Positions 62,991 through 64,000 of a DNA stretch of 64,000 bases are shown here, piece after piece (within the stretch, counting starts at the first letter, position 1; each line of letters starts with the position of its first letter). A program made the position numbers and the translations under genes. Source of the DNA: Octopus sinensis (lineage: Eukaryota); NCBI RefSeq assembly GCF_006345805.1, contig NC_042997.1, forward strand, positions 59,706,001 through 59,770,000, written 5' to 3'. Under the pieces are notes generated by a model. That model had not been told where the DNA came from. It searched no databases and saw only the letters and a list, made by a program, of their open reading frames with translations.

Positions 62991-63193
62991 TTAACCCTTT
63001 AGCATTCATATTACCCCCTCACATTGTTTTGGATTAATTATGTATTATCTCATCACTTTGAAATTTCAATGATGTGAGTGCTTATGTTTGGAATGACATT
63101 GTAGGGGAGGTATGAGAAGCTAGATCTGGTCAGGTTGTAAATAAGACAGAATATTTGGGCCTGATGTGGCCAGTTTAAATGCTAAAGAGTTAA
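62991..63193 (-). mobile_element. piggyBac-type MITE family A, complete, reverse orientation
   Basis: TTAA-CCCTTTAGCATT...AATGCTAAAGAG-TTAA. Confidence 0.78.
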
Positions 63194-63712
63194 GCAACTG
63201 CTTTCTTTTGAGTAGGTATGATACAAATGATTGATACAGTATTTTACAGGCACTGTGTCATTTCTTTTAGATTTTGAATTCAGAATGTAGAGAGACAAAA
63301 ACTGAGTGCTTTAAAGGTATTTAGTCTGATACCTGGCTGCATCTGCTAACTTGCCACCCTCAACGGTTATTGATAGTCAGTCACATTTGTTAAGTATTAG
63401 GCTTCAAAAGAAACTCTCTTGGAGATTCAACAAGGAAACTAATATCCAGTAATTGCCTAGAATTTAGAGTGGAGAAAAAAATAAAACTGTGTAAATGTTC
63501 ATGCCTTTCTCTAGAATGTCAGTAAAATATGTGAAGTGAAACAGTTACATTTAGGAACCAAAACCTGGTAGTCATAATCTTAATAATATAAATCTGGTGA
63601 AGAATACAAAATTGATATACTTAAGCACTATGATCAATGTTGTTGCTGGTGGTGGGAGTAGTAGTAATAGCACTTATTTGGACGTACAAGAGTTACTTCA
63701 AAGTAAGTTACA

Positions 63713-63919
63713 TTAACCTTATAAGCATTTTGACTGATCATATGTGGCCCAAATATTCTACAGGTTTTATTTACAAACTGGCCAGACCTGGCCTATAACA
63801 CTTACCCTACCATGTCATTCTAAAAATGAAAACAAACATACCATCAAACCCTTGAAACTACAAGATAATGCACGATTAATTCAAAGCAATGTGAATAAAC
63901 AAGCATTGCATTTGACAGT
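63713..63919 (+). mobile_element. piggyBac-type MITE family A interrupted by a SINE
   Basis: Same body (CAAGATAATGCA.GATTAATTCAAA..AATGT) as 1222 and 59125; cut at TTTGACAGT by a SINE head. Confidence 0.6.
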
Positions 63920-64000
63920 GTGAAGGCGCATGGCCCAGCAGTTAGAGCATTGGGCTCACAATTATAAGGTAGCGAATTTGATTCCCAGACTGGGATGTGT
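63920..64000 (+). mobile_element. tRNA-derived SINE head (family of 17458), runs off the window
   Basis: GTGAAGGCGCATGGCCCAGCAGTTAGAGC...GGCTCACAAT...GATTCCCAGACTGGG. Confidence 0.75.

Overview
AT-rich, very repeat-dense animal genomic DNA. The SINE, MITE and microsatellite content resembles cephalopod (Octopus-type) genomes; this is inference from pattern recognition, not a search. One long multi-exon protein-coding gene lies on the minus strand. Seven exons between 29920 and 16975 splice in phase with GT-AG signals; a probable first coding exon pair lies at 51381-50776 and a candidate last exon at 3198-2985. The product is unrecognised (Ser/Asn-rich N-terminal part, coiled-coil C-terminal part). 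The introns hold remnants of many transposon groups (mariner, Tc1, hAT, Merlin, Helitron, piggyBac-type MITEs, RTE, CRE, Tx1/L1, Penelope) and several SINE families. Most ORF-track entries are translations of microsatellites. Best leads: (1) hammerhead-ribozyme motifs on small elements with 5' inversions, including a G3:C8-swapped minimal hammerhead in a 256-bp fold-back and a tRNA-headed hammerhead element; (2) a roughly 1.8-kb ORF1-only retroelement with terminal redundancy and a 12-bp flanking duplication; (3) decayed, apparently intronless Cys-loop (nicotinic/chemotactile-receptor-like) gene fragments antisense in the host introns. No rRNA, intact tRNA gene or CRISPR array is supported.
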